A stretch of DNA of 64,000 bases from Acidimicrobiaceae bacterium (GCA_009845995.1 VXYK01000013.1:2010-66009); one strand, 5' to 3'. Positions 18,865-27,930 are shown, counted from the first letter of the stretch. Made by a program: numbers and translations. Notes: a model not told the origin generated them from the letters alone.

Positions 18865-20337
18865 ATGACCGCCGTATTACGCGACTACAGCCTGGCTGGT
18901 CCCGAAAACCAGCGAGCCTGCGAGAAAGGACTCGCCAGCGCTCCATGGTGGACACCGCCCATCGACGAGGATCGGCTCACCGAGCTGATGGCGCGAAGCA
19001 ATGCTCGTGCCGCACGCGACACCGCGCTGTGGCTCGGCGGGATTGTCGCCTTGGCGGTCGTGATCGTGCTCAGCTGGTTCTCTTGGTATTCGCTGCCGCT
19101 GCTGTTCGTGTACGGAGCCCTCTACGGCGGAGCTGCTGACTCTCGTTGGCACGAATGCGGCCATGGGACTGCCTTCCGTTCCACGGTCGCCAACAACGTC
19201 ATCTACTACATTGCTTCGTTCATGCTCTGGCGCGAACCGACCATGTGGCGCTGGTCGCACTACCGCCATCACAGCGACACCATCATCGTGGGACGGGACG
19301 CTGAGATCATCTTTCCGCGCCCACCCAACGTGCGTTCACTCCCGCTCACGTTCTCCCATGTCGTCAACGGTCCCAAGATGCTGTGGCGCTTGCTTCAACA
19401 CGCAGCGGGTCGCATTGATCCCGACGCCGCCGATTTCATTCCGGTTTCCGAACATCGAAGGTTGATTCTCGAGGACCGGATATTCGCGGTGATTCTCGCC
19501 GCGGCCGTCGCTGGGTCACTCATCTTGTGGCACCCGTTGCCCGTGCTGTTGGTCGGGCTACCAACGATCTATGGTGCCTGGTTGGTCGTGTTTTTCGGGA
19601 TCACCCAACATGCCGGTCTGCAAGAAGATGTGCTCGATCATCGCCTGAATACCCGCACGGTTTACATGAACCCGCTGTTCAGGTTTCTTTACTCGAACAT
19701 GAACTATCACATTGAGCATCACCTCTTCCCGGGTGTGCCTTACCACGCGCTGCCCGCGCTTCACGAGGAGCTGAAGGACTCACTGCCACCGGCTCTGCCC
19801 AACACCCGGGCCGCTTACCGGGAATTGCTCGGGGCGATGCGCCGGCAATCAAAGGACGCCACCTGGGAGGTACCCGATCGGGGTATTCCCGATGTCCCGA
19901 ATGCCGGGCTGAGCCTGGTCGATCACGGCCCGATTGTTCCCGACGAACAGCAGACGGCCACAGCGTCCGCCGGCTCCGGCCCTGCCGATCTCGGAGCGGT
20001 GAACGAGATCGCGGTGGGGAGGGCGCGCCGCTGCGATATCGGCGAACGAACCTACGCTCTGTATCGGCTCAACGAGTCCGAGGTTGCAGTCAGCGACGGG
20101 CTGTGCACCCACGCTGCCGCGCATCTGGCCGAGGGTTTGATCCTTGACGGGGCAATCGAGTGTCCCAAGCACAACGGCCGGTTTGATCTGCGTACCGGCG
20201 AACCGTTGCGCAGACCAGCCAAAGACCCGCTGAATATCTATCCCTGCGAGGTTGTGGGAGGGCGGATAGTGGCGGACCTGTCCACCGCCGAGGCACCAAG
20301 CACCCAGAGTGCGAGCGACAATAAGGAGACGTCGTGA
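18865..20337 (+). CDS. Membrane di-iron oxygenase (fatty acid desaturase family) fused to a C-terminal Rieske [2Fe-2S] domain (MocD/MocE-like)
   Basis: His boxes HECGH, HYRHH and HIEHH, plus hydrophobic segments. The C-terminus carries CTH-x16-CPKH. The stop overlaps the iolG GTG (GTGA). Confidence 0.8.
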   Translation: MTAVLRDYSLAGPENQRACEKGLASAPWWTPPIDEDRLTELMARSNARAARDTALWLGGIVALAVVIVLSWFSWYSLPLLFVYGALYGGAADSRWHECGHGTAFRSTVANNVIYYIASFMLWREPTMWRWSHYRHHSDTIIVGRDAEIIFPRPPNVRSLPLTFSHVVNGPKMLWRLLQHAAGRIDPDAADFIPVSEHRRLILEDRIFAVILAAAVAGSLILWHPLPVLLVGLPTIYGAWLVVFFGITQHAGLQEDVLDHRLNTRTVYMNPLFRFLYSNMNYHIEHHLFPGVPYHALPALHEELKDSLPPALPNTRAAYRELLGAMRRQSKDATWEVPDRGIPDVPNAGLSLVDHGPIVPDEQQTATASAGSGPADLGAVNEIAVGRARRCDIGERTYALYRLNESEVAVSDGLCTHAAAHLAEGLILDGAIECPKHNGRFDLRTGEPLRRPAKDPLNIYPCEVVGGRIVADLSTAEAPSTQSASDNKETS

Positions 20338-21347
20338 ACGATGTGCGAGTCGGAGTATTGGGTGTCGGCCGGATAGGTCGGATGCACGCGGAGTTGATCC
20401 AACGCCGTGCCGATGGCGCCTCACTGGTCGCGGTGTACGACGTGTTCAGCGAAAGCGCACAGAGTGTCGCTGCAGAGTTCGGCGCTCGCGTGGCCGCGTC
20501 ACCCGACGAGTTGATCAACGCAACCGATGTCGACGCGGTAGCAGTGTGCACACCCACCGACACCCACATCGACTTTTTGGTCGCTGCGGCGCAGGCAGGC
20601 AAACCGGCCTTCATCGAGAAGCCTCTCTCGCTGGATCTTTCTGAAGTTGATCGTGGTATCGCTGCCGCCGAAGCCACTGGAATCGCTGTGCAAATCGGTT
20701 TCAACCGCCGTTTCGATCCGAGCCACAAGTCGGTGCGGGACACCGTGGCCAACGGTGAGATCGGCGACGTGCAGATGGTGCGGATCACCAGCCGTGACCC
20801 CGCTCCCCCGCCTCTCTCCTATCTCGACGGATCGGGTGGGATCTTCCTGGACATGACCATCCACGACTTCGACATGGCCCGTTATGTGACCGGCAGCGAA
20901 GTGGTCGAGGTGTACGCCACGGGTGCGGTGATGGTTGATCCCGCCATCGGTGAGGCGGGGGATCTCGACACGGTGGTTGTGGTCATGACCCACGAAAACG
21001 GTGCGATAACCACCATCGACAACAGCCGTCAGGCCGTATACGGCTACGACCAGAGGGTCGAGGCGTTCGGTTCTGCCGGGATCGTGGCCTCGGACAATCC
21101 CGGCGTGACCACCACCACGAGACGGACCGCCGCAGGTTCGGCGGGTTCAACCATCCCGTATTTCTTCTTGGACCGCTACATACCCTCGTATCTGGCCGAA
21201 TGGACGGATTTTGTGGCGATGGTCCGCAACGGTGCGCCCTCGCCGGTCACTTTGCACGATGGACGGGCCCCGCTCGTGATCGGGCTGGCCGCCTGGCGTT
21301 CGTTTCACGAGGGTCGCCCGGTCAAGACCAAGGAGATCACACCATGA
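20334..21347 (+). CDS. iolG: Inositol 2-dehydrogenase (Gfo/Idh/MocA family)
   Basis: VRVGVLGVGRIGRMH Rossmann signature and an EKP motif. 337 aa. Sits between the oxygenase and iolB. Confidence 0.8.
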   Translation: MNDVRVGVLGVGRIGRMHAELIQRRADGASLVAVYDVFSESAQSVAAEFGARVAASPDELINATDVDAVAVCTPTDTHIDFLVAAAQAGKPAFIEKPLSLDLSEVDRGIAAAEATGIAVQIGFNRRFDPSHKSVRDTVANGEIGDVQMVRITSRDPAPPPLSYLDGSGGIFLDMTIHDFDMARYVTGSEVVEVYATGAVMVDPAIGEAGDLDTVVVVMTHENGAITTIDNSRQAVYGYDQRVEAFGSAGIVASDNPGVTTTTRRTAAGSAGSTIPYFFLDRYIPSYLAEWTDFVAMVRNGAPSPVTLHDGRAPLVIGLAAWRSFHEGRPVKTKEITP

Positions 21348-22213
21348 CCGCTGATTCCGCAGCGCCCGTTTCCGGGGCCAACGCGTCAGGGCCCATTCGA
21401 CCCGGCGTCGGCCCGGGCCGGATCCTGGAAATCACCCCTGAGGTCGCGAACTGGACTTACCTGAGCTTCTCAGTTCTTGAACTGAGCGCGGACACTACTT
21501 TCACCGAGACCGCCGAAGACAGAGAAACCGCGATCGTGCCTCTGAGCGGATCGGGTCAAGTTCGTGCTGGTGGCGAAGTCTTCGATCTGGCCCGCTCTTC
21601 AGTTTTTGCGCAGAAACCCCACATTGTCTATTTGCCGCCCGGTGTCGAGTTCGCCATCGCCACCAGCGGTTCGTTCACTTGCGCCGTGGGATCTGCGCCT
21701 GCGGAGGGGAAGCTGCCGTTGCGGTTGATCCGGCCAGATGAGATGCGCAGCGAGATTCGCGGTGGAGGCGCAGCTCATCGTCAGGTGGTCCACGCGCTGG
21801 CGTCACCGTTGCCCGCCGAACGACTGATCCTCTATGAGGTGTACGTGCCGAGGGGAACCTGGTCGGGCTGGCCGCCCCACTGTCATGACGGGCGCGACGG
21901 ATCTCCATACCTCGAGGAGGTCTACTACTTCCGGCTCGACCGACCCGAAGGTTATGCACAGCATCGGAATTGGCGTTCCGACGAAGGTTTCGACGAGACC
22001 GTGGTGATCAACGACGGAGATGTGGCCCTAGTGCCGAAGGGTTACCACACCTCGGTGGCGTGCCCCGGATCGAACATGTACTTCCTCAACTACCTGGCCG
22101 GTGAACTCGAAGGCAGCGAACGCGCCACTCCCCCGTGCTTTGCCGCCGAGCACACTTGGATCGAGAGCGACTGGACGGCGGGTGAGTGGGGTCTCCCCGT
22201 CGTCACCTCGTGA
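21344..22213 (+). CDS. iolB: 5-deoxy-glucuronate isomerase (cupin)
   Basis: ATG 21344 overlaps the iolG stop. Cupin region PPHCHDGRDGSPYLEEVYYFR is like IolB. Confidence 0.8.
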   Translation: MTADSAAPVSGANASGPIRPGVGPGRILEITPEVANWTYLSFSVLELSADTTFTETAEDRETAIVPLSGSGQVRAGGEVFDLARSSVFAQKPHIVYLPPGVEFAIATSGSFTCAVGSAPAEGKLPLRLIRPDEMRSEIRGGGAAHRQVVHALASPLPAERLILYEVYVPRGTWSGWPPHCHDGRDGSPYLEEVYYFRLDRPEGYAQHRNWRSDEGFDETVVINDGDVALVPKGYHTSVACPGSNMYFLNYLAGELEGSERATPPCFAAEHTWIESDWTAGEWGLPVVTS

Positions 22214-22237
22214 GCATCGCTTGATGAGCCTGGTTCC

Positions 22238-23095
22238 ATGAGCCTCGACGGCATTTCGCAAAACGGCCGGTTCTGCGTGTTGGCGATCGACCATCGTGAT
22301 TCATTGCGCAAGTTCTTGTCGCCCGCTGATCTCGATGCTGTTTCTGCAGATCAGCTCACCACCCTGAAAACAGATATCGTGCGCGAGCTTGCACCGATGG
22401 CCACCGGTGTGATGCTCGAACCCGAGTATTCGATCCCGCAGGTTTTAGACGCCGGAGCTCTGCCTGCAGGCATCGGTTTCGTAGCCGCTCTTGAGTCACA
22501 GGGCTACCTCGGTGAGTTGGGTTCTGCGCCCACGACTGTGCTCGATGGCTGGTCCGTCGAGGCTGCCGCGGCCAGTGGCGCGGCTGCCACCAAGCTGTTG
22601 TTGCCGTACCATCCCGACCGTGCTCTGGCCGCCGACCAGCGAGCGGTTGCCGCAGAGGTGATCGCCGAGTGCCGCCGACTCGGAATCCCGCTGGTCCTTG
22701 AACCGTTGTTTTACGATCTCGACAGTCCCAGCGACAGGCGCCGTGTCGTCATCGAAACCGCCCGCCAGTTCGCAGCAGCCGACCCTCATCTGCTGAAGCT
22801 GCCGTTCCCTGTCGATCCAACCCTTGAGCCTGACCGCAGAGTTTGGCTCGACGCCTGCGAGGAGATGAACGCGCTGATTTCCATGCCTTGGACATTGCTG
22901 TCCGGCGGCGGTGACTTCGAGTCGTTCTTCGCGCAGGTCGAGATTGCGCTCGAGGCCGGTGCGGCGGGCTGCATGGTCGGCCGCGCCCTCTGGGGCGAAG
23001 CAGCCCGCGCCTCCAGTACCGACCGCCCCTCGATCCTCACCAATCTCATTGCCCCCCGCCTCTTCCGCCTCCATTCCCTGATCTGCGACAGGTAG
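22238..23095 (+). CDS. Class I aldolase of the LacD/DeoC-like family; candidate 5-dehydro-2-deoxyphosphogluconate aldolase
   Basis: N-terminus NGRFCVLAIDHRDSLRKFL resembles tagatose-bisphosphate/sulfofructose-phosphate aldolase family members. Last gene of the iol operon. Confidence 0.65.
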   Translation: MSLDGISQNGRFCVLAIDHRDSLRKFLSPADLDAVSADQLTTLKTDIVRELAPMATGVMLEPEYSIPQVLDAGALPAGIGFVAALESQGYLGELGSAPTTVLDGWSVEAAAASGAAATKLLLPYHPDRALAADQRAVAAEVIAECRRLGIPLVLEPLFYDLDSPSDRRRVVIETARQFAAADPHLLKLPFPVDPTLEPDRRVWLDACEEMNALISMPWTLLSGGGDFESFFAQVEIALEAGAAGCMVGRALWGEAARASSTDRPSILTNLIAPRLFRLHSLICDR

Positions 23096-23241
23096 CGCTC
23101 ACGATTCGGCATTCCGATTGGGACTATTTTATGAATTATCAGTATTTTCCAGTATAGCTTGCTCAGTCGTGTACAATGAGATTCCAAGAACAAGCGTTAG
23201 CAGAGTACGCTAGAAACAACATTGCGCTAAGGGGACGAGCG

Positions 23242-23445
23242 ATGGCCACAAAGCACTTGCAGCACGGGCGCACCTCCGATGGCGACATGGAAGACCAAGA
23301 GCAAACTCTGACTATTGAGGATCTCAAGGCCAGCACTGGCAAAGGGCCGCGCCTGGACCCCGAGGACATCGCCAACACCTACTACAGCGACGAGGAATTC
23401 CTCGCCGCGCTCGAGGCTAGGCGCAATGAAACTCCAACCGCGTAA
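23242..23445 (+). CDS. Small acidic hypothetical protein (67 aa)
   Basis: ATG 23242 is preceded by AAGGGGA. I recognise no family. It lies in an AT-richer gap after the iol operon. Confidence 0.35.
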   Translation: MATKHLQHGRTSDGDMEDQEQTLTIEDLKASTGKGPRLDPEDIANTYYSDEEFLAALEARRNETPTA

Positions 23446-23494
23446 GCGGCCGTCCATTCCCACTCACTCCTGATCCAGCGAGGTTTCTGGCGGG

Positions 23495-23989
23495 TCAGGC
23501 GGCTTCGCTGGTTCCCCCGTTCGACTCCGGGTCTGTGGTCGTGGACAAACCGATCCTGAGGATGCCTTCGATGCGTGCCAGCCGCTCGCGGGTATCGCCG
23601 AGGCTGGACGCCATGTTGTTGAGACTCTCTACGACCGCATCGTGGTTGCGTTCGGCAACACGTTTGTATTCGGCGAGATCGGTCGTCGATTTCTCGCTCT
23701 CCTGCTCGATCAACCGACGGTTCTTCCCGCACTCCCGCTCGATCAACTCACGATTCTTCTCTGTCGACCGCTCGATCAACTCACGATTCTTCCCGCATTC
23801 CCGCTCGATCAACTCACGATTCCTCTCGCTCGCCTGAGTGATGAGTTGGCGGGTTTGGGTGCTTTCGCGGTGTTGGACGCGTATTGAGCTGACCATGAGT
23901 GTGGTGAGCGTCGCGAACATCACACCGAAGGCCGCGCCGAGGGTCGTCAACACCGCTGTGTCGATTCCTGTTCCCGCCATGGTTTCCAT
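23495..23989 (-). CDS. Membrane-anchored coiled-coil protein with 11-residue repeats (hypothetical)
   Basis: N-terminal hydrophobic helix AVLTTLGAAFGVMFATLTTLMV, then RNRELIERECGKN-type 11-aa units repeated four times, then a further helical segment. Confidence 0.55.
   Translation of the reverse strand: METMAGTGIDTAVLTTLGAAFGVMFATLTTLMVSSIRVQHRESTQTRQLITQASERNRELIERECGKNRELIERSTEKNRELIERECGKNRRLIEQESEKSTTDLAEYKRVAERNHDAVVESLNNMASSLGDTRERLARIEGILRIGLSTTTDPESNGGTSEAA
23705..23836. repeat. Four tandem 33-bp repeats (CTCGATCAACTCACGATTCTTCCCGCATTCCCG-like), in frame within the 23495-23989 ORF
   Basis: Units at 23705-23737, 23738-23770, 23771-23803 and 23804-23836, read directly. A few substitutions per unit. 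Confidence 0.9.
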
Positions 23990-24176
23990 GGAGCGACCCT
24001 ACACCACCACCAATTACGGCACAACTTGAAACAACATAATAAGCATTGTGAATAAGCCAACTACAATCCTGTGGCCGATATTCTGGTGCTTGACGGAGGG
24101 TCGAAAGGTAGTGTTGGCGGGCTTGCGGTCTGGGGTGACCAGAGCTGATCTTGCTTGTTGACGAGGACTGAGAACT

Positions 24177-25409
24177 GTGTCAGAAACACGCGTGAGTCGG
24201 ATGATTCCTGTCGGCTTGTTCACGCTCGCGGCCTCGATCGGGATGGTGTTCGCGCTTCTGCATGAACTGCGCGACGCACATGATCTGAGCGGAGGTGCGA
24301 TCGGCTGGATCGCCGGAGTCTCCTTTTTTGCCGCGGTTGCCTCGCAACTCCTGATCGCCCCGTTCGCAGACCGCGGCTACGCCCGCAGGGTCATGGCGCT
24401 TTCGATCCTCGGCGGCGCGATCGCCTCAATCACGTTCGCGTTGGCGTCGGAACCATGGCAGTTCGTCTTTGCCCGGATCGCTGCCGGGCTTGCCTTCGGT
24501 GCCTTCCTGCCCGCCGCGCAAGCTGTGTTCACCGCAGCCGACCCCGAGCGCGCCGGACAACACCTCGGTCGACTCGCCGGCATTCAAACCGCTGGTTTCA
24601 TCATCGGCCCGGGTATCGGCGCCGGACTGGTTGCGGCCTGGGGTCTTGATGCTCCGTTCTATTGCCTTGCCGTTGCCCTCATACTGCTCATCGGTCCGGT
24701 TGCGACGATCCATGTCAACGAAGTCGTCTCTGATGAACCTCCGCTCGGGGCACTGCGAACCGCAGCCGACATGGTTTTGACAATGGCAAGGATCAGTCGT
24801 CGTCGAGAAGCCTTGGCCGCGGCGATCTTGAGCGCTGCGCTGATAATGCCGGCCGGGATGTACGAAGCGATCTGGGCAATATTCCTGCAAGACTTGGGCG
24901 CTTCAACCACATTCATTGGCATCAGCCTGGTGCTGTACGGATTGCCGTTCATGATTGCCGCGCCCATCGGCGGGCGACTTGCAGACCGCCACGGACCGAT
25001 GCGGATCGCAACGTTTGCGCTGGTAATGATCATCCCACTCACCGTGGTCTACGGACATCTCACCGTGCCGTTGCTATTGATGAGCCTGGCGATGATCGAA
25101 GGCGCCGCCAACGGTCTCGGAATGCCCTCGGCCCAGACGCTCATGGCCATTTCCACCAAAGACGGGGAGCGGGCCACAGGGCAGGGACTCGCGGCTGCGA
25201 CGGGGCAACTCGCCGCCGGGATGAGCGCGCTCATAGCCCCCAGGCTCTTCGAGAATTACGGACCGGAATGGACCTTCTTCTGGGTAGCTGTGGGAATCCT
25301 GGTGCTGAGCTCACTCGGGTTGGCGGTCGGGTTCAGCGGCCGCACCAGGAGACAAACCGTTCCTATTCGCACCTTTGGTTTGTTGCGAATCCGCGGCGGC
25401 GGTCGCTAA
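24177..25409 (+). CDS. MFS transporter
   Basis: 410 aa with ~12 hydrophobic segments and an MFS loop motif (ADRGYARRV / GRLADRHGP). The start could instead be ATG 24201. Confidence 0.85.
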   Translation: MSETRVSRMIPVGLFTLAASIGMVFALLHELRDAHDLSGGAIGWIAGVSFFAAVASQLLIAPFADRGYARRVMALSILGGAIASITFALASEPWQFVFARIAAGLAFGAFLPAAQAVFTAADPERAGQHLGRLAGIQTAGFIIGPGIGAGLVAAWGLDAPFYCLAVALILLIGPVATIHVNEVVSDEPPLGALRTAADMVLTMARISRRREALAAAILSAALIMPAGMYEAIWAIFLQDLGASTTFIGISLVLYGLPFMIAAPIGGRLADRHGPMRIATFALVMIIPLTVVYGHLTVPLLLMSLAMIEGAANGLGMPSAQTLMAISTKDGERATGQGLAAATGQLAAGMSALIAPRLFENYGPEWTFFWVAVGILVLSSLGLAVGFSGRTRRQTVPIRTFGLLRIRGGGR

Positions 25410-25429
25410 GCGGCTGGCCCGATCAACCC

Positions 25430-26608
25430 TCAAACAGCCCGCTCTGTCAACGCCAGACCGTTGCTGCGCATGATCTTGCGGATCTCCGAGGAGTCGAAAC
25501 CCTCCAGATCGTGAACAAAATCGGTGGGTTCGGGTAGGCCCTCAGCATGCGGCCAGTCCGAGCCGAACAGCATGTGGTCTGCGCCGATCTTGCCTCGCAG
25601 GTCCAACAGATCGTCCTCGTAATAGGGCGACACCCAGACCTGTCGACAGAACACTTCAATCGGATCCTCGGCGAACATGTGCTTCTGCTGCCGATAGGTC
25701 TTGTCGAACTTCTTGAACAGCGGCTGGACCCATTCTGAGCCGGTTTCGATGGTGGCAACCCGAATATTGGTGTGCTCGCTCAACACGCCTTCGCCAATCA
25801 ACGAAGCCAACGCATCGCTGATCGGTGAGTAGGTGAGCAGCGACTTGAACGCGTTTTGGCGGAACGACTCGAACTCGGTGGTCATCCCCCAGTAGTCGCT
25901 CAAGAACTCATAACCGGCGTCACCTGAGTGCATGGCGAGGGTGATGCCGTGCTGGTTCATTTTCTTCCAGAAGGGGTCATGGGCGGGGTCGCCGAGCGAC
26001 CGTCGTCCACCTTTCCCGTCCGGCACCGACGACGGGCGCATGTTGACCACACGCACATCCCGTTCGATCATCCAGTCGAGTTGATCGAGAGCCCAGTCGA
26101 CATCGGCGAGAGTGACGTATCCCGCGGCGAAGATCCGATTCTTGTACGAATATCCCCAGTCTTCGTGAATCCACTTGTTGAACGCCGCGAAAGCTGTCAG
26201 CACAGCTTCGGTGTCGTGGTCGAGCGAAGACTCCATCCCCACCCCGAGGGTCGGGAACAGGAAGCACGCCTCAAGATTCTGACGGTCCATAACCGACAGC
26301 CGCTTGTCGCGATCACGGTACTCATCGGGAATCGGCACAAGTTCACCGAACGCGGCAACGATGTCGTCTTTGGCTACCTTGCCTCGGAAGTAGTCGTCAA
26401 GGCAGCCCGGCCGGGCGACGGGGTCAAAGGTCGGGTTGGGAATGAACCGGTTGACTTTGCCCCCCACAAGCAAACGCTTCCGCCCGTTGATCTCGGCCCA
26501 CTGCATGCACCGCTTGTGCATCTTCGGGTCGACATGGCGGATGAAGGCGTCCTCCGCCTCGTAATAGTGGTTGTCAGCGTCGAACGCCTGGAAATCAAGT
26601 GCAGCCAT
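25430..26608 (-). CDS. Amidohydrolase-2 family metal-dependent hydrolase/decarboxylase
   Basis: AFDADNHYYE N-terminal metal motif, FGSDWPH near the C-terminus, ACMSD/LigW-like. Confidence 0.8.
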   Translation of the reverse strand: MAALDFQAFDADNHYYEAEDAFIRHVDPKMHKRCMQWAEINGRKRLLVGGKVNRFIPNPTFDPVARPGCLDDYFRGKVAKDDIVAAFGELVPIPDEYRDRDKRLSVMDRQNLEACFLFPTLGVGMESSLDHDTEAVLTAFAAFNKWIHEDWGYSYKNRIFAAGYVTLADVDWALDQLDWMIERDVRVVNMRPSSVPDGKGGRRSLGDPAHDPFWKKMNQHGITLAMHSGDAGYEFLSDYWGMTTEFESFRQNAFKSLLTYSPISDALASLIGEGVLSEHTNIRVATIETGSEWVQPLFKKFDKTYRQQKHMFAEDPIEVFCRQVWVSPYYEDDLLDLRGKIGADHMLFGSDWPHAEGLPEPTDFVHDLEGFDSSEIRKIMRSNGLALTERAV

Positions 26609-26659
26609 GAAGCCACTCTACGCACGCCGCGCAAACGGGCGAAAGTTGACGCTCACGCG

Positions 26660-27829
26660 CTACAGGTCGTAGATCGCGGCCGCGTTGTCGTGGAGGATCT
26701 TCTGCAGCGTGGCGTCATCAAGCGAGGACAATGCGCCGGTGGCGTAGTCACGGGGATACTGCGCCGGTGTGGCTGGACCCGGGAACTGGCAGGTCGGGTG
26801 GGGATAATCGGTCTCGTACAAGATGTTGTCCGGATAGTTCTCAATCGCGAACCTGGCCGAAGCCTGCTCAAACCAGAAGCAACCGTAGATCTGTCGCCTG
26901 AAATACTCGCTTGGCAACATGTCGTATTCGGGGTGCTCCACCGTCACCCCGCCGTTGCGCCACTGCCAGTCAAAGGACTCAAGCGCACCCGGGATCCAGC
27001 CGGCCCCGCTTTCCACCGAGACCAGCGTCAGTTCGGGGAAGCGATGGCACACACCGCCGAAGATCAGGTCCGCGATGCAGCGCATGTTGTCGAGAAAGAT
27101 CAACGACGACACCTTGGCGAAGTTGGTCATCCAGCCCATATCGGCTGTGTCTTGGAGTTGCGTGCCCATTGATCCGCCACCCACATGAAAGCTCACCGAG
27201 ACTCCCGCTTCTTGGGCGACCGACCAAATCGGGTCCCAGTGCCTCGAAGCCAGCGCCGGCATTCCATGGTCTTGGGGTTGGTTGCAGAAGTTGATGGCGC
27301 GGTGGCCTGCCTCCACACAACGGGTGATCTCGGCGACCGCGAAGTCGATGTCCCAAAACGGCACCGCAGTCACGCCGACAAGCCGGTCACGGTCAGCAGC
27401 GGTCCAGTCGGTCACCCAATCGTTGAAGGCGCGTACGCATTCCTTGACCACCTCCGGTTCGCCCATCTTCATGAAGTAGGCGTTGCCGAAACCGCCGACA
27501 TTGGGGTAGAGGACCTGGGCGCGTATGCCTTGATCGTCCATGAACTTGAGCCGTTCACCGCTGTCGTACATCGACGGATGGATCTCTTCAAAGGTGTTGG
27601 GCACCTTCAAGGGCATGAGACCGTCGAAGCCCGCCATCGAATAGAAGCCGGGCTGCCCCAAGCGGTTTCCGTCACACATCCAGACGTCCTGCCCATTGAT
27701 GCGTTCGACATGGGGGACCTTGTCGTGCATGTACGCCGGGGTTCGCGCCGTCCACACATCGGGCGGTTCGGTCACATGGGTATCGACGTCGATGACATCG
27801 AACCGTTCGAAGAGATCTGCAGTGCTCAC
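26660..27829 (-). CDS. Amidohydrolase-2 family metal-dependent hydrolase/decarboxylase
   Basis: VIDVDTHVTEP metal motif and YETDYPH near the C-terminus. I prefer GTG 27829 (VSTADLFERF). The track start at 27922 adds an Arg/Gly-rich extension that runs through two stable hairpins. Confidence 0.8.
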   Translation of the reverse strand: MSTADLFERFDVIDVDTHVTEPPDVWTARTPAYMHDKVPHVERINGQDVWMCDGNRLGQPGFYSMAGFDGLMPLKVPNTFEEIHPSMYDSGERLKFMDDQGIRAQVLYPNVGGFGNAYFMKMGEPEVVKECVRAFNDWVTDWTAADRDRLVGVTAVPFWDIDFAVAEITRCVEAGHRAINFCNQPQDHGMPALASRHWDPIWSVAQEAGVSVSFHVGGGSMGTQLQDTADMGWMTNFAKVSSLIFLDNMRCIADLIFGGVCHRFPELTLVSVESGAGWIPGALESFDWQWRNGGVTVEHPEYDMLPSEYFRRQIYGCFWFEQASARFAIENYPDNILYETDYPHPTCQFPGPATPAQYPRDYATGALSSLDDATLQKILHDNAAAIYDL

Positions 27830-27880
27830 AGCTACAAGACTCGCGCCACCGCGGCCCCTAACGCCATTTAAGCGCAAATC

Positions 27881-27930
27881 AGTCCCAAAAGGGACTCGGG
27901 TCCGGTTAGCTGTTGGTGCCAACCGGACCC
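27881..27930. other. Two adjacent stable stem-loops in the leader region of the amidohydrolase gene
   Basis: AGTCCC-aaaa-GGGACT (27881-27896) and GGGTCCGGTT-13 nt-AACCGGACCC (27898-27930), read directly. Confidence 0.45.

Noticed and set aside
23096-24176. A mobile genetic element or integrative island.
   Set aside because: I found no integrase, transposase, tRNA attachment site or flanking direct/inverted repeats. Only a compositional dip and two orphan ORFs are present.
24014-24223. 69-aa minus-strand ORF between the repeat protein and the MFS gene.
   Set aside because: It overlaps the MFS start, lies in an AT-rich promoter-like region, and has no recognisable features.
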